A model generated the notes under the pieces. That model did no database searches. It was not told the DNA's origin and saw nothing but the letters and a program-made list of their open reading frames with translations. The position numbers and the translations under genes are program-made. 64,000 nt of DNA. Source: an uncultured bacterium. GTDB taxonomy: Bacteria; Abyssobacteria; SURF-5. The stretch lies in contig CAZSKP010000008.1 of NCBI GenBank assembly GCA_964607485.1, positions 64,001 to 128,000 of the forward strand. Reading direction: 5' to 3'. This document shows positions 39,029-48,300 of the stretch, piece after piece (the stretch's first letter is position 1; each line of letters opens with the position of its first letter).

Positions 39029-39436
39029 CTAGCTCTCCGGTTTTGGCATTTCCGTCAGGGAGACGATGCGGCGGATGCCGCTCTGGCGGGAGATGTCCAT
39101 CGCGCGTATCACGTGGCCGTACGGAACCTTCCTGTCCGCCTTGAGCACGAGCGTCGTCTCGCGCTCCTTCGCCGCTTTCTGCAGCTCGGCGCGAAGCTCC
39201 CTCTCTTGAACGCGCATGTCGTTGAGGAACATGCGCCCGTCCTTGTCCAGCGTCAGCGTGAGCGGCTCCAGCTTGTTCGGCTCGGCCGTGCTCGCGGTGG
39301 GAAGCTCGAGGTTGATTCCGGGATGCTCGGCGAACGTCGTGGATACCATGAAAAAGATGAGCAGCAGGAACATCACGTCGATGAGCGACGTGATGTTTAT
39401 CGACGGCCGCTTTCTCCTTTTTTCACGAATCTGCAT
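39029..39436 (-). CDS. exbD: ExbD/TolR biopolymer transport protein
   Basis: INITSLIDVMFLLLIFFMV, LKADRKVPYG. Confidence 0.9.
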   Translation of the reverse strand: MQIREKRRKRPSINITSLIDVMFLLLIFFMVSTTFAEHPGINLELPTASTAEPNKLEPLTLTLDKDGRMFLNDMRVQERELRAELQKAAKERETTLVLKADRKVPYGHVIRAMDISRQSGIRRIVSLTEMPKPES

Positions 39437-39444
39437 CTTCGCCG

Positions 39445-40110
39445 CTACCTCGAAAATTCTTCCTGCTCCACTCGCGGCCTCTTCGACGCCTCCGCGTGCG
39501 CGCCGCCGTAGAGCTTGAGGGTGAGGAGGTTCGCGTACCGCTCGATTTCGAGCACGAGGTTGTCAACGCGTTTTGAATAGTAGCTGTGCGCGACGAGGGA
39601 GGGTATCGCGATGAATAGCCCGACGATGGTCGTGATGAGCGCCTCGGAGATGCCGCCCGAAAGGATCGACGCCTCGCCCACGCCGCGCTCGACTATCACG
39701 TTGAACACGTGGAATATCCCCAGCACCGTGCCCAACAGCCCCAGCAGCGGAGAGATGCCCGTGATGATTTCGAGCATCAGCAGGCCCCGCTCGAGCGTGC
39801 CCACCTCTTGCCGGGCCGCGGCCTGCACCATCTCCACGTTGTCCGCGCGGGGCAGCCTGCGATTGACCAGGCCGGCCTTTATCACCCGCGCAAACGGCGT
39901 GTTCGTTCGCTCGCACACGGCGATTGAGGCGACGGCGTCGTCGCCACGGTGGATGTTTTCGACCAATCCGACTATTTCCGGCGAGATGACCCTGCGCACC
40001 CGCAGGGTGTAGGCTTTCTCTATGATGATGGCGAGGGCGAGAATGGAGCAGAGCATCAATGGAACCATCGTCATCCCGCCCGCTCGAAGGAGATGCATTG
40101 CGGTTTCCAA
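39445..40110 (-). CDS. exbB: ExbB/TolQ/MotA proton channel
   Basis: PLLGLLGTVLG, GISEALITT..GL..AIP. Confidence 0.9.
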   Translation of the reverse strand: METAMHLLRAGGMTMVPLMLCSILALAIIIEKAYTLRVRRVISPEIVGLVENIHRGDDAVASIAVCERTNTPFARVIKAGLVNRRLPRADNVEMVQAAARQEVGTLERGLLMLEIITGISPLLGLLGTVLGIFHVFNVIVERGVGEASILSGGISEALITTIVGLFIAIPSLVAHSYYSKRVDNLVLEIERYANLLTLKLYGGAHAEASKRPRVEQEEFSR

Positions 40111-40152
40111 ATTTTTCCTCCTCGCGATGTTCGGCCGATGCTTCTTGGGGGA

Positions 40153-41124
40153 CTAATTGTACCGGAACGTGAAACGGATGTTGAGGGGTTTGTTCACGAA
40201 TTCGTCGGGAAGCCCCTGTATCTTATCGTACGGTATTCTGTCGAACGGCTGCGCGTCGTTTATCGATGAGACGCACAGCAGGGCGAAATACGGGTCGCCT
40301 TCGGTCGAGTGCACGACCATGTCGGTCACGCTGCCGTCTGGCTGAATCTTGAAATCGACGACGGCGCGCGAAGTCACGATGCCCGTGTACGTCGATACCA
40401 GGCGCGAGACCCATTGTCTCTCGACGGCCTGTTTCATGCCGAGAAGATATTCGCCGAAGAAATGGCGCGTCGCCCCAAACGACAGCTCGCCCGTTATCTG
40501 CGCGTCCGCGCCCGCGTTGTTTGCGCTCGCCACCGATATCACCCGCGACGTTGGCGGCGGCGGGGGCGATACGGCGGGTTCGGCCCGAGACGGCATCTTT
40601 TTCGCAAGCTGGATTACCTCTTTCTCCTTCGGCTCCGGCGCAATCTCTATCTTCTTTTCGGGCTCCATCGGTTTCTCTTTGGGCGCGGCGGGCGCTTCCG
40701 GAAGAGGCTTCTTCGCTTCCTCGCGAGGTTTCGGTTTCTCCGCTTGCCGGGGCTTCGGCGGGGTTTTCGGCACAACGGGCGCAGGCGTCACGACCGCCCT
40801 CGGCCTGGTGTCCTTCGACTCGTCGTGCTTGCCCTCCATGTGGGGCGAATCCTCAAGCTTCTTCTCGCTCTGGAACCTGTCCTGCGCGCGCGTGTTCTTG
40901 TCGGACATGAGGTTGGTTTTCTTCGGGGCTTCCGGCGTCTTAGCCGAGGCGGGCGTATCCACCAACTCGAACCGCACGACTCTGGGTTCGCTCTTTCGCG
41001 CCAGAAGCACCTCAGGAGAGGTGAGCAACTTCTGAGCAATCGTCTCCTGATTCAGCGCCGTGAATGCGCCGAGATGGAGCAGCGTGGAAATCAGGAGCGA
41101 AACTTTGAACGAGCGAGAGAACAT
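40153..41124 (-). CDS. TonB/TolA-like energy transducer
   Basis: N-terminal TM with SxxxH, Pro/Lys/Glu-rich linker, C-terminal FKIQPDGSV..AQPF domain. Confidence 0.8.
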   Translation of the reverse strand: MFSRSFKVSLLISTLLHLGAFTALNQETIAQKLLTSPEVLLARKSEPRVVRFELVDTPASAKTPEAPKKTNLMSDKNTRAQDRFQSEKKLEDSPHMEGKHDESKDTRPRAVVTPAPVVPKTPPKPRQAEKPKPREEAKKPLPEAPAAPKEKPMEPEKKIEIAPEPKEKEVIQLAKKMPSRAEPAVSPPPPPTSRVISVASANNAGADAQITGELSFGATRHFFGEYLLGMKQAVERQWVSRLVSTYTGIVTSRAVVDFKIQPDGSVTDMVVHSTEGDPYFALLCVSSINDAQPFDRIPYDKIQGLPDEFVNKPLNIRFTFRYN

Positions 41125-41230
41125 CGCCTCGCCTGCACCTCCCAGATGTGTCGTTACCCGGTCGCGGACTAGTGTTATGTTTCACAAACTTGTACAGATA
41201 CCTTCAGGAATGCGAAGCATTCTTTTCGAT

Positions 41231-41326
41231 GTCATCCTGAACGAAGGGCCGAAGGCCCAAGTGAAGGATCTCAATTTCATGCAAGTCATTGTGCATCGGC
41301 AGATTCTTCGCTGCGCTCAGAATGAC
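41231..41326. repeat. GTC-type REP doublet
   Basis: GTCATCCTGAACGAAG...AGATTCTTCGCTGCGCTCAGAATGAC. Confidence 0.85.
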
Positions 41327-41385
41327 AACCATTAGTTTATTCCTCATTCCATAGTCTGCACCATGTGTTGATGGCAAATCCTCAA

Positions 41386-42102
41386 TTAAACGCAACACGG
41401 GAAAATGTTGGGGACGTGACTGAGGCGCTCCACCTCATGCTCGGGCCGATAGCTGTCGAACGCCTCGCACCGGCGCAGGTTGTACCACACGGGAACCATG
41501 CCCGCGTCGCGCGCGCCCAACACGTCGCTGCCGTACATGTCGCCCACGTGCGCGGCCTCCTCCGGCCGGATGCGCATCCGCTCCAGGGCGATCTCGAAAA
41601 TCCTGGGCGACGGCTTGCGCACGCCCTCCAGCGTAGAGTCAACGATGACCTCGAAGTATCCGTCTATGCCCAATCCCTCGCACTTCTCTTTGCACCTGCC
41701 GTCGTTGTTCGAGATGACGCCGAGCCGGTATCCTTTTCGCCGGAGCGCTTCGAGCGTCTCGACGGCGCCCTCGGAAAGCGTCCTCATGTACGACATCCCG
41801 TCGAATCTCTGAAGAATCATCGGGAGCACGGCCGGCCAATCGACGGATATATCGAGGCAGCGGCCGAAGTGGTCGAGGAATCGCGGCAGGTACTCGCCGT
41901 CTTCGACGAGCGAGCCGGAGCGGGTGTCGAGGTACACGAGGTAGTCGGCCTTCGTGAACGCGCGAACGACGTCGGCGTATTCGCGCTGGAAGCCGACCTC
42001 GCCGAGCAGTTCGGTCACGCGCTTCAGGTACGTCGGGCTCCCCTCGACGAGCGTGTCGCCGAAGTCGAAGAAGACGGTCGAAATATTTCTCGCGGAAGGC
42101 AT
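41386..42102 (-). CDS. HAD-superfamily hydrolase
   Basis: FFDFGDTL, ISN, RKPSPRIF, HVGDMYGSDVLGA. Confidence 0.9.
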   Translation of the reverse strand: MPSARNISTVFFDFGDTLVEGSPTYLKRVTELLGEVGFQREYADVVRAFTKADYLVYLDTRSGSLVEDGEYLPRFLDHFGRCLDISVDWPAVLPMILQRFDGMSYMRTLSEGAVETLEALRRKGYRLGVISNNDGRCKEKCEGLGIDGYFEVIVDSTLEGVRKPSPRIFEIALERMRIRPEEAAHVGDMYGSDVLGARDAGMVPVWYNLRRCEAFDSYRPEHEVERLSHVPNIFPCCV

Positions 42103-42105
42103 CGG

Positions 42106-42996
42106 TCACATCACCGTCGCAATCCTCGGCTCGTTCGTGAGCTTGTCCTTGTCTTTTTCGACGCGTTCGATTATCGTATCGAGCGTTTCCAGCATACCCG
42201 GCTTGTCGCCCATGAACTTTCCGAAGACGGGGACGAGGTTGGAGACATGGTCGCTGTGGAATTCCGAGCTGATGCCCTCCAGGCATTCGACCAACAGCCT
42301 TTCCTCCATCAGCATGTCGAGCACGTTCGGCGGCTTGTACTCTCCGTTTTCATACGCCTCGAACAGAGGGGTGCCGGGTATCAGCGTCGCCGTGCGGACG
42401 CGAATGAAGTCGGGGTCGATGGCGTTCAGGACGGCCGCGCTCTGGCGGGCGTGCGATTCCCATCCGTCGGCCCCGCCCAGTCCCAGCATCAAATATTCCG
42501 ACAGCTCGATGCCGGCCTCTTTCACTTTTCGGCCCGCCTTTATCATGTGTTCCGGAGTGGCGCCCTTGTTTATGAACTGGAGCAGCTTCGGGTCTCCGGT
42601 TTCCAGCCCGAGGTGCAGGCGGTCGAGCCCGGCCTCGGCCAGGCGCTTGAGCTTTTCCGGCGCCATCAGCGCGAGCGTTTTCGCGCGACCGTAGCTCGTG
42701 ACCCTGCCGATATTGGAAAACCGGGTGCGCAGGTACTTGAGTATTTCCACGAAGTCGTCGGTCTTTATGACGGGACTGTCGGCGTCGCCGATGAAGACGT
42801 TCATCTTGCGGTCGCCGTAGAACTCGCGGGCCGCGTCGATGTCGGCCTTCACGTCTTCGACCGGTCGCTTCTCGAATCGCATCATCTTGTACATGCCGCA
42901 GAATTTACAGCGGTTCCACGGACAGCCCCGCGTCACGCGAAGCAGCATGCTGTACGCCTCGCTCGGCGGCCTGAAAGGCGGCATTTCATATACCAT
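42106..42996 (-). CDS. Radical SAM protein (RPPSEA-type, uncharacterised)
   Basis: FRPPSEAYS, GCPWNRCKFCGMY, GLETGD, SDHVSN. Confidence 0.9.
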   Translation of the reverse strand: MVYEMPPFRPPSEAYSMLLRVTRGCPWNRCKFCGMYKMMRFEKRPVEDVKADIDAAREFYGDRKMNVFIGDADSPVIKTDDFVEILKYLRTRFSNIGRVTSYGRAKTLALMAPEKLKRLAEAGLDRLHLGLETGDPKLLQFINKGATPEHMIKAGRKVKEAGIELSEYLMLGLGGADGWESHARQSAAVLNAIDPDFIRVRTATLIPGTPLFEAYENGEYKPPNVLDMLMEERLLVECLEGISSEFHSDHVSNLVPVFGKFMGDKPGMLETLDTIIERVEKDKDKLTNEPRIATVM

Positions 42997-43258
42997 TGTT
43001 CCACGTCCTCTATTCTTCACGACACACGTATAGCCTTTACCCTGTGAATCTACCGAAATTATAACATTTTCTGTACTCAAATTAAAGGCGTCTGAGGTTG
43101 GATATCGCTCGGGACGAGGCGCCGGAGATTTCGTTCCGGCGCGCCGCATGTGGTAAAATTAGAAGATAAGCCGGGTTGTCCCGGTCAGCCAATGTATGTA
43201 CGGCCTAAAGGGCACGGAGCTCTTTAACCAGTAACCCTGAGAGCAGGAGGGAGCATCG

Positions 43259-43531
43259 TTGAAGAACAATGCGGTGAAGATGAATGAGAAAGATACTGTC
43301 GTGATAGCAACCCGATTGGTCAAGAAGGGCGAGCCGGTCGTGGTGGACGGGAAGCAGCTGCTCGAGGCTGCCGAGGACATCGAGGGCGGCCACAAGATTG
43401 CCCTTGCGCCCATCGCAGCCGGCGATACGGTGTTTCGATACGGCGAGCCGATAGTCGAAGCCACTCGCGCGATAGCCCGTGGCGAATGGGTGCACGTGCA
43501 CAACACGCGGCCCTGCCCGGGGCACGAATAG
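43259..43531 (+). CDS. Stand-alone SAF domain (UxaA/altronate dehydratase small subunit-like)
   Basis: GHKIAL..VFRYGEPI..GEWVHVHN; RBS GGAGGGAG. Confidence 0.85.
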   Translation: MKNNAVKMNEKDTVVIATRLVKKGEPVVVDGKQLLEAAEDIEGGHKIALAPIAAGDTVFRYGEPIVEATRAIARGEWVHVHNTRPCPGHE

Positions 43532-43616
43532 CTCCGGCGGGGAGCGCCGTGTCTTTTTTCTCCGATAATCGACATAATTATTGAGACGGCCAAGAAATGT
43601 CCTAAGCGATAACAAT

Positions 43617-43779
43617 GTCATCCTGAGCGAAGCGAAGGATCTCTTTTGGCAAGGAGTTGGAGTTTTTTGAGATTCTTCGCTGCGCTCAGAATGACAACCA
43701 TACGCTCAGAATGACAACCATAGCTCAGAATGACAGCCAGAGGTCAGAATGACGGCCAGAGGTCAGAATGACGGCCATA
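43617..43779 (+). repeat. GTC-type REP doublet followed by tandem 19-20-bp units
   Basis: GTCATCCTGAGCGAAGCGAAGGATCT..AGATTCTTCGCTGCGCTCAGAATGAC; five G(C/G)TCAGAATGAC-N7/8 units at 43684-43779, the first being the REP end itself. Confidence 0.9.
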
Positions 43780-43810
43780 TGCACAGAACGAAATGGCGGG
43801 AGACGCTGTA

Positions 43811-45808
43811 ATGCCCGATGAGTTCAAACTGGTGACCGACCTCACGCTGAAAGGCGACCAGCCGCAGGCGGTCGATAAGCTCGTCGATGGGCTGCGTGAT
43901 GGTGTGAAGCACCAGGTGCTGCTTGGCGTGACCGGCTCGGGCAAGACGTTCACGATGGCCAACATCGTCGAGAGGATGAACCGGCCGACCCTCGTTCTGG
44001 CGCACAACAAGACGCTTGCCGCCCAGCTTTACAGCGAGTTCAAGCAGCTTTTCCCCGACAACGCGGTCGAGTACTTCGTGAGCTATTACGATTATTACCA
44101 GCCCGAAGCCTATGTGCCCACCACCGACACGTACATAGAAAAAGACGCGTCGATAAACGACGAGATAGATAAGATGCGCCACTCGGCAACGAGGTCGTTG
44201 TTCGAGAGGCGCGACGTTCTGATAGTCGCCAGCGTGTCGTGCATCTACGGGCTCGGCTCGCCCGAGGAGTATCTGGGCATGCTCGTTTCGGTCGAGAACA
44301 ACGCCGACATGACGCGCGAGGACTTGTTGAAGCACCTCGTCGCGATACAGTATGAGCGCAACGACCACGATTTTCACCGGGGCACGTTCCGGGTGCGCGG
44401 CGACGTGGTCGAGATTTTTCCCGCCTACGAAAGCGACCGCGTCGTGCGGGTCGAATTCTTCGGCGACACAATCGATTCCATCTCCGAGGTTGACCCGCTC
44501 AGGGGGCGCGTCGTCCGGAAGCTCGAGCGGGCGCTCATCTTTCCCGGCAGTCACTATGCGACTTCCTACGACAAGCTCAGCCGGGCGATACGGAGCATTC
44601 GGGACGAGTTGAAGGAGCGCCTCGCGGAGCTGCGGTCGCAGGACAAGCTGCTCGAGGCGCAGAGGCTCGAACAGCGGACGAATTTCGACCTGGAAATGCT
44701 CAAAGAGACGGGCTTCTGCGCGGGAATTGAGAACTATTCGCGGCATCTGGACGGACGCCGTCCCGGCCAGCCGCCTTTTACGTTGATCAATTATTTCCCC
44801 GACGACTATCTCCTGTTCATCGACGAAAGCCACCAGACGGTTCCGCAGCTTCACGGCATGTACAACGGCGACCGCTCGCGCAAGCAGACGCTTGTCAACT
44901 ACGGGTTTCGGCTGCCGTCGGCGCTCGACAACCGCCCGCTGAAATTCAAGGAATTCGAGAAGCTCACGAACCAGCTGGTGTATGTGTCGGCGACCCCGGC
45001 CGAACACGAGCTGGAGAAAAGCGGGGGAGTGGTCGTCGAGCAGCTCATAAGGCCGACGGGCCTGATGGACCCGGAGGTGATTGTCAAACCCGCCCGGAAC
45101 CAGGTGGACGACCTGCTGGAGGAGATACGGAAGCGAGTCGAAAAGAACGAGCGCGTGCTCGTGACCACTCTCACAAAGCGGATGGCGGAGGACCTGACCG
45201 ATTACTATCAGGAGGTCGGCGTGCGCGTACGCTACCTGCATTCGGACATTGCGACCATCGAGCGGTTCGAGATTATTCGCGAGCTGAGACGGGGGCTGTT
45301 CGACGTGCTCATTGGCATCAACCTGCTTCGGGAGGGACTGGATATTCCCGAGGTGTCGCTGGTTGCGATACTGGACGCGGACAAGGAGGGTTTCCTGCGC
45401 GCCGAGAAATCGTTGATTCAGACGATCGGACGAGCGGCGAGAAACGTCAACGGAACGGTCGTCATGTATGCGGACAACATGACGGACTCGATGCGGAAGG
45501 CTATCGACGAGACCAACCGCCGCCGCCGTGTGCAGGCCGAATTCAATGAGAAGCACAAGATAACGCCTACGACCATCGTGAAGGCCATGCCCGAGGTGCT
45601 GACGAGCGTTTACGAGGCGGATTACGTGACGGTGTCGGCCGTCGCCGAGCCGGCGGCGGGGTACGTCGCCTCGGGCGAGCTTCCGAAGCTGCTCGAAGAT
45701 CTGAAACGCGAGATGAGGGAGGCGGCGGACAAGCTCGATTTCGAGCGGGCCGCCGAGCTGCGCGACCGCATCCACGAGCTTCAGGAGATGGAACTCGCGT
45801 TGAAGTAG
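43811..45808 (+). CDS. uvrB: Excinuclease ABC subunit B
   Basis: [49 protein letters not shown]. Confidence 0.98.
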   Translation: MPDEFKLVTDLTLKGDQPQAVDKLVDGLRDGVKHQVLLGVTGSGKTFTMANIVERMNRPTLVLAHNKTLAAQLYSEFKQLFPDNAVEYFVSYYDYYQPEAYVPTTDTYIEKDASINDEIDKMRHSATRSLFERRDVLIVASVSCIYGLGSPEEYLGMLVSVENNADMTREDLLKHLVAIQYERNDHDFHRGTFRVRGDVVEIFPAYESDRVVRVEFFGDTIDSISEVDPLRGRVVRKLERALIFPGSHYATSYDKLSRAIRSIRDELKERLAELRSQDKLLEAQRLEQRTNFDLEMLKETGFCAGIENYSRHLDGRRPGQPPFTLINYFPDDYLLFIDESHQTVPQLHGMYNGDRSRKQTLVNYGFRLPSALDNRPLKFKEFEKLTNQLVYVSATPAEHELEKSGGVVVEQLIRPTGLMDPEVIVKPARNQVDDLLEEIRKRVEKNERVLVTTLTKRMAEDLTDYYQEVGVRVRYLHSDIATIERFEIIRELRRGLFDVLIGINLLREGLDIPEVSLVAILDADKEGFLRAEKSLIQTIGRAARNVNGTVVMYADNMTDSMRKAIDETNRRRRVQAEFNEKHKITPTTIVKAMPEVLTSVYEADYVTVSAVAEPAAGYVASGELPKLLEDLKREMREAADKLDFERAAELRDRIHELQEMELALK

Positions 45809-45848
45809 GCTTCCTCCCGTTCACGCGCCGGGCTCGATCACGGCGCGC

Positions 45849-47075
45849 TTACTTTGCCACCCAGAGCCCGTGCGGCAGTCCCGCGGTGAGATTTTCGTGC
45901 CCCTGTTCCGTGATGAGGATGATGTCCTCGGGCATTCCGCCGAAGAACTCGCGCTCGGGGTCGAATGCGCCTATCTCGATGGCGACCACCATGCCGGGCT
46001 GGAGGGGCGTCTGTTCCTCCGCCGTCACCCATGGCGGCTCATGGTTGGCCAGGCCCTCCTGGTGTCCGATGAAAGAGATGATGTGCGGGTATTCATAGTC
46101 CCGCTTCTTCAGGGCCGAGAGCGATTTCCCGAACAGGTCGCACATGCGCACGCCCGGCTTCATGGCGGAGATGGTCTCGAGGTGCGCCTCGGTGGCGATG
46201 TCGTGGTAGCGGACCATCTTCTCGGGCGGGTCGCCGACGTAGAACGTCCTCTGGAAATCGAGCTGGTAGCCCTTGTACGTGGGGCCGCAATCGCACAGCC
46301 CCTGATCGCCCTCGCGAATGATGCGGTCGACGGGGCCGGTGATCCAGCGGTCCACGCCCATCACCTCGTCTCTGTTGCTCGAAAAGCACAGCCACGTTCC
46401 ATGGTATGGCGCTTCAATCATGTCGAATTCCGCCGCTTTCCGCCAGAACGCGCGGTGCACGTCGAGCTCGCTCACGCCGGGCCGGATCGTCTCGAACGCA
46501 GTCCTCACGCATTCACACGAGCGCTTCGCTCCCTCGCGGATGAGCGCCTGCTCGAACGGCGTCTTTATCATGCGCTGTTTCCAGATCGCCTTGTCGGCGC
46601 TGACGATTGTGGCGCGCGCGAGTTCGCGTCGGATAAAGTCGTATTCGTCGAAGGACAGATACGTGTCGATGTCGGGCCCTGTTTCGATGCCGAGTCTCTT
46701 GTCCGCCAGCCCGAGCTCCTCGAGCGTATCGAAGAGCAGCTTGTAGAAGGACTTTGGGAACATCTGGACCATGAAGTGGTTCGACTCGCTCCAGACGCGT
46801 ACGTCTTCGAGATACGACATGGTTGCGATGCACCACTGAAAGGCGGCGTGGACGACGGCCACGGGGTCCCGGTCGCGGCACACGAGCAGGCAACTGCGCC
46901 AGACATCGTTGTGCATCTGCGCGGCATCGGTGAACCCGCCGTAGTACCACCAGTTCGTGGGCGAGAACAGGAGCATCGCGTCGAGCCCGTGCTCGGCGAG
47001 GCACTGTTTGGCGCGTTCGATACGCGCGCTGTATTCCTCATACGGAAACGTCGGCCATTTCACACCCGGTTTCAT
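45849..47075 (-). CDS. M24 family (Xaa-Pro aminopeptidase/creatinase-like) peptidase
   Basis: RMIKTP.E, D..D (DCGPTYKGYQLDFQRT), GH..G...HEPP, E, EDIILIT. Confidence 0.9.
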   Translation of the reverse strand: MKPGVKWPTFPYEEYSARIERAKQCLAEHGLDAMLLFSPTNWWYYGGFTDAAQMHNDVWRSCLLVCRDRDPVAVVHAAFQWCIATMSYLEDVRVWSESNHFMVQMFPKSFYKLLFDTLEELGLADKRLGIETGPDIDTYLSFDEYDFIRRELARATIVSADKAIWKQRMIKTPFEQALIREGAKRSCECVRTAFETIRPGVSELDVHRAFWRKAAEFDMIEAPYHGTWLCFSSNRDEVMGVDRWITGPVDRIIREGDQGLCDCGPTYKGYQLDFQRTFYVGDPPEKMVRYHDIATEAHLETISAMKPGVRMCDLFGKSLSALKKRDYEYPHIISFIGHQEGLANHEPPWVTAEEQTPLQPGMVVAIEIGAFDPEREFFGGMPEDIILITEQGHENLTAGLPHGLWVAK

Positions 47076-47131
47076 AAGCTACCTCCTGTTGTTTCGTCAG
47101 GCATGGGTTCGCGGCCCGCCGGGGAGTGTCA

Positions 47132-47147
47132 GAGCGACCGGTCACTC
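47132..47147. promoter_or_regulatory. Putative TetR operator upstream of the M24 peptidase
   Basis: GAGCGAC-CG-GTCACTC, near copy of the palindrome at 47832. Confidence 0.6.
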
Positions 47148-47192
47148 TGAATCGTCGCCCCAAAAAATCCCCACTTGCTTCTCCGCCGGGCG

Positions 47193-47816
47193 TCAGGCAC
47201 AGATCCCCTCGAGCAACAGCCGCATAATTCTGTCCGCATCCCTCCTGCGGTCGGGCGAAGAAGCTTTCTGGATCGTTGAATACAGGATAAGCGATTCGAT
47301 CAGTCCGAACGCCATGAATACTTTCGCGTCAAGGTCGCCGACCTTGCCTCCGTGATGCTCGACGGCGTCGGATATCAGTCGTCCGAGGAGGTCGAGGAAC
47401 TCGGCGTAGGCCTTGTGTACCGCGTCGACAAACCGGGAATTTCTGCCGTACACGATGTTCGCACCGTAGAAAACGCTGGCGATAAGCTGGTACGAGTCGG
47501 GATGGCTGTCCATGAACTGGAGGTCTGCGAGGATGAATGCCCTCAGCTTCCCGAGTGGGTCGTCGTGTTTGGAGACTTCTTCCATGACAGTCCCGGTGAG
47601 ACGGGCGGCGCTGTACCGGATGGTTTCGAGGAACAGCGCCTCCTTGCTCTCGACATAGTTGTACATCGTGCCCTTGCCGATTCCGAGGCTTTCGGCGATG
47701 GTATTGACGTTGCCCTTTTCGAACCCCTTCGAGGCGAACTCGCGCGTGGCTGCCTGGATGATCTGCGCGTATTTATCGGGCTTTTGCTCTTGGAGTCGTT
47801 TTGTTTTGGTCTTCAT
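47193..47816 (-). CDS. TetR/AcrR family transcriptional regulator
   Basis: IIQAATREFASKGF..IAESLGIGKGTMYNYVESKEALF HTH. Confidence 0.95.
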   Translation of the reverse strand: MKTKTKRLQEQKPDKYAQIIQAATREFASKGFEKGNVNTIAESLGIGKGTMYNYVESKEALFLETIRYSAARLTGTVMEEVSKHDDPLGKLRAFILADLQFMDSHPDSYQLIASVFYGANIVYGRNSRFVDAVHKAYAEFLDLLGRLISDAVEHHGGKVGDLDAKVFMAFGLIESLILYSTIQKASSPDRRRDADRIMRLLLEGICA

Positions 47817-47831
47817 GGCATTGGGGGTCTA

Positions 47832-47881
47832 GAGTGACCAGTCACTCCATATAGCCTACCACACGATCCTCCTCCTGTCAA
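47832..47881 (-). promoter_or_regulatory. tetR promoter with operator at the predicted start site
   Basis: Minus-strand TTGACA-17 nt-TAGGCT; perfect inverted repeat GAGTGAC-CA-GTCACTC at 47832-47847. Confidence 0.7.
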
Positions 47882-47941
47882 GCGTTTTTTGTGAGGAGTT
47901 TCCCCACTTTCCCCGCGCATGTTTTTCATTCCGACAGGAAT

Positions 47942-48015
47942 GTCATGCTGAGCGTAGCGAAGCATCTCGTTTTGCACCAGCGCGATAGAAGATTCTTCGC
48001 TTCGCTCAGAATGAC
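47942..48015. repeat. GTC-type REP doublet
   Basis: GTCATGCTGAGCGTAGCGAAGCATCT..AGATTCTTCGCTTCGCTCAGAATGAC. Confidence 0.85.
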
Positions 48016-48300
48016 GACCTGCCATTGCGACCAGAGGTAGCAAGAGACTGCTACATTCAGGATTGGGTAGAGATCAGCGGTCAAAGACATTACAACTTTC
48101 ATGAAGAATTTTTTGGGGAAACTCCCCTTTTTTATGAGTCGAACTCATTTTTCGCATAACCCCCGATTTCTCTTCTCCTGCCGACGATGCAACACCACAA
48201 AGCGGTTGCGAATGGGGCTTGTTCCTTTGACAACTATCGCGTTCGGGGGTTATAGTAATGATAGATTTCTTCTTGATTATTCATACAGGGAGGTTTTCAG

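Noticed and set aside
42106-42996. Activating enzyme for the glycyl radical enzyme
   Set aside because: It is the RPPSEA-type radical SAM family with a CxxxxCxxC motif, lacks GRE-activase signature motifs and is 5 kb away in another unit
43684-43779. CRISPR-like array (also 20891-20970 and 23658-23737)
   Set aside because: Period is only 19-20 bp, variable parts are 7-9 nt and related to each other, no cas genes; units derive from the adjacent REP end
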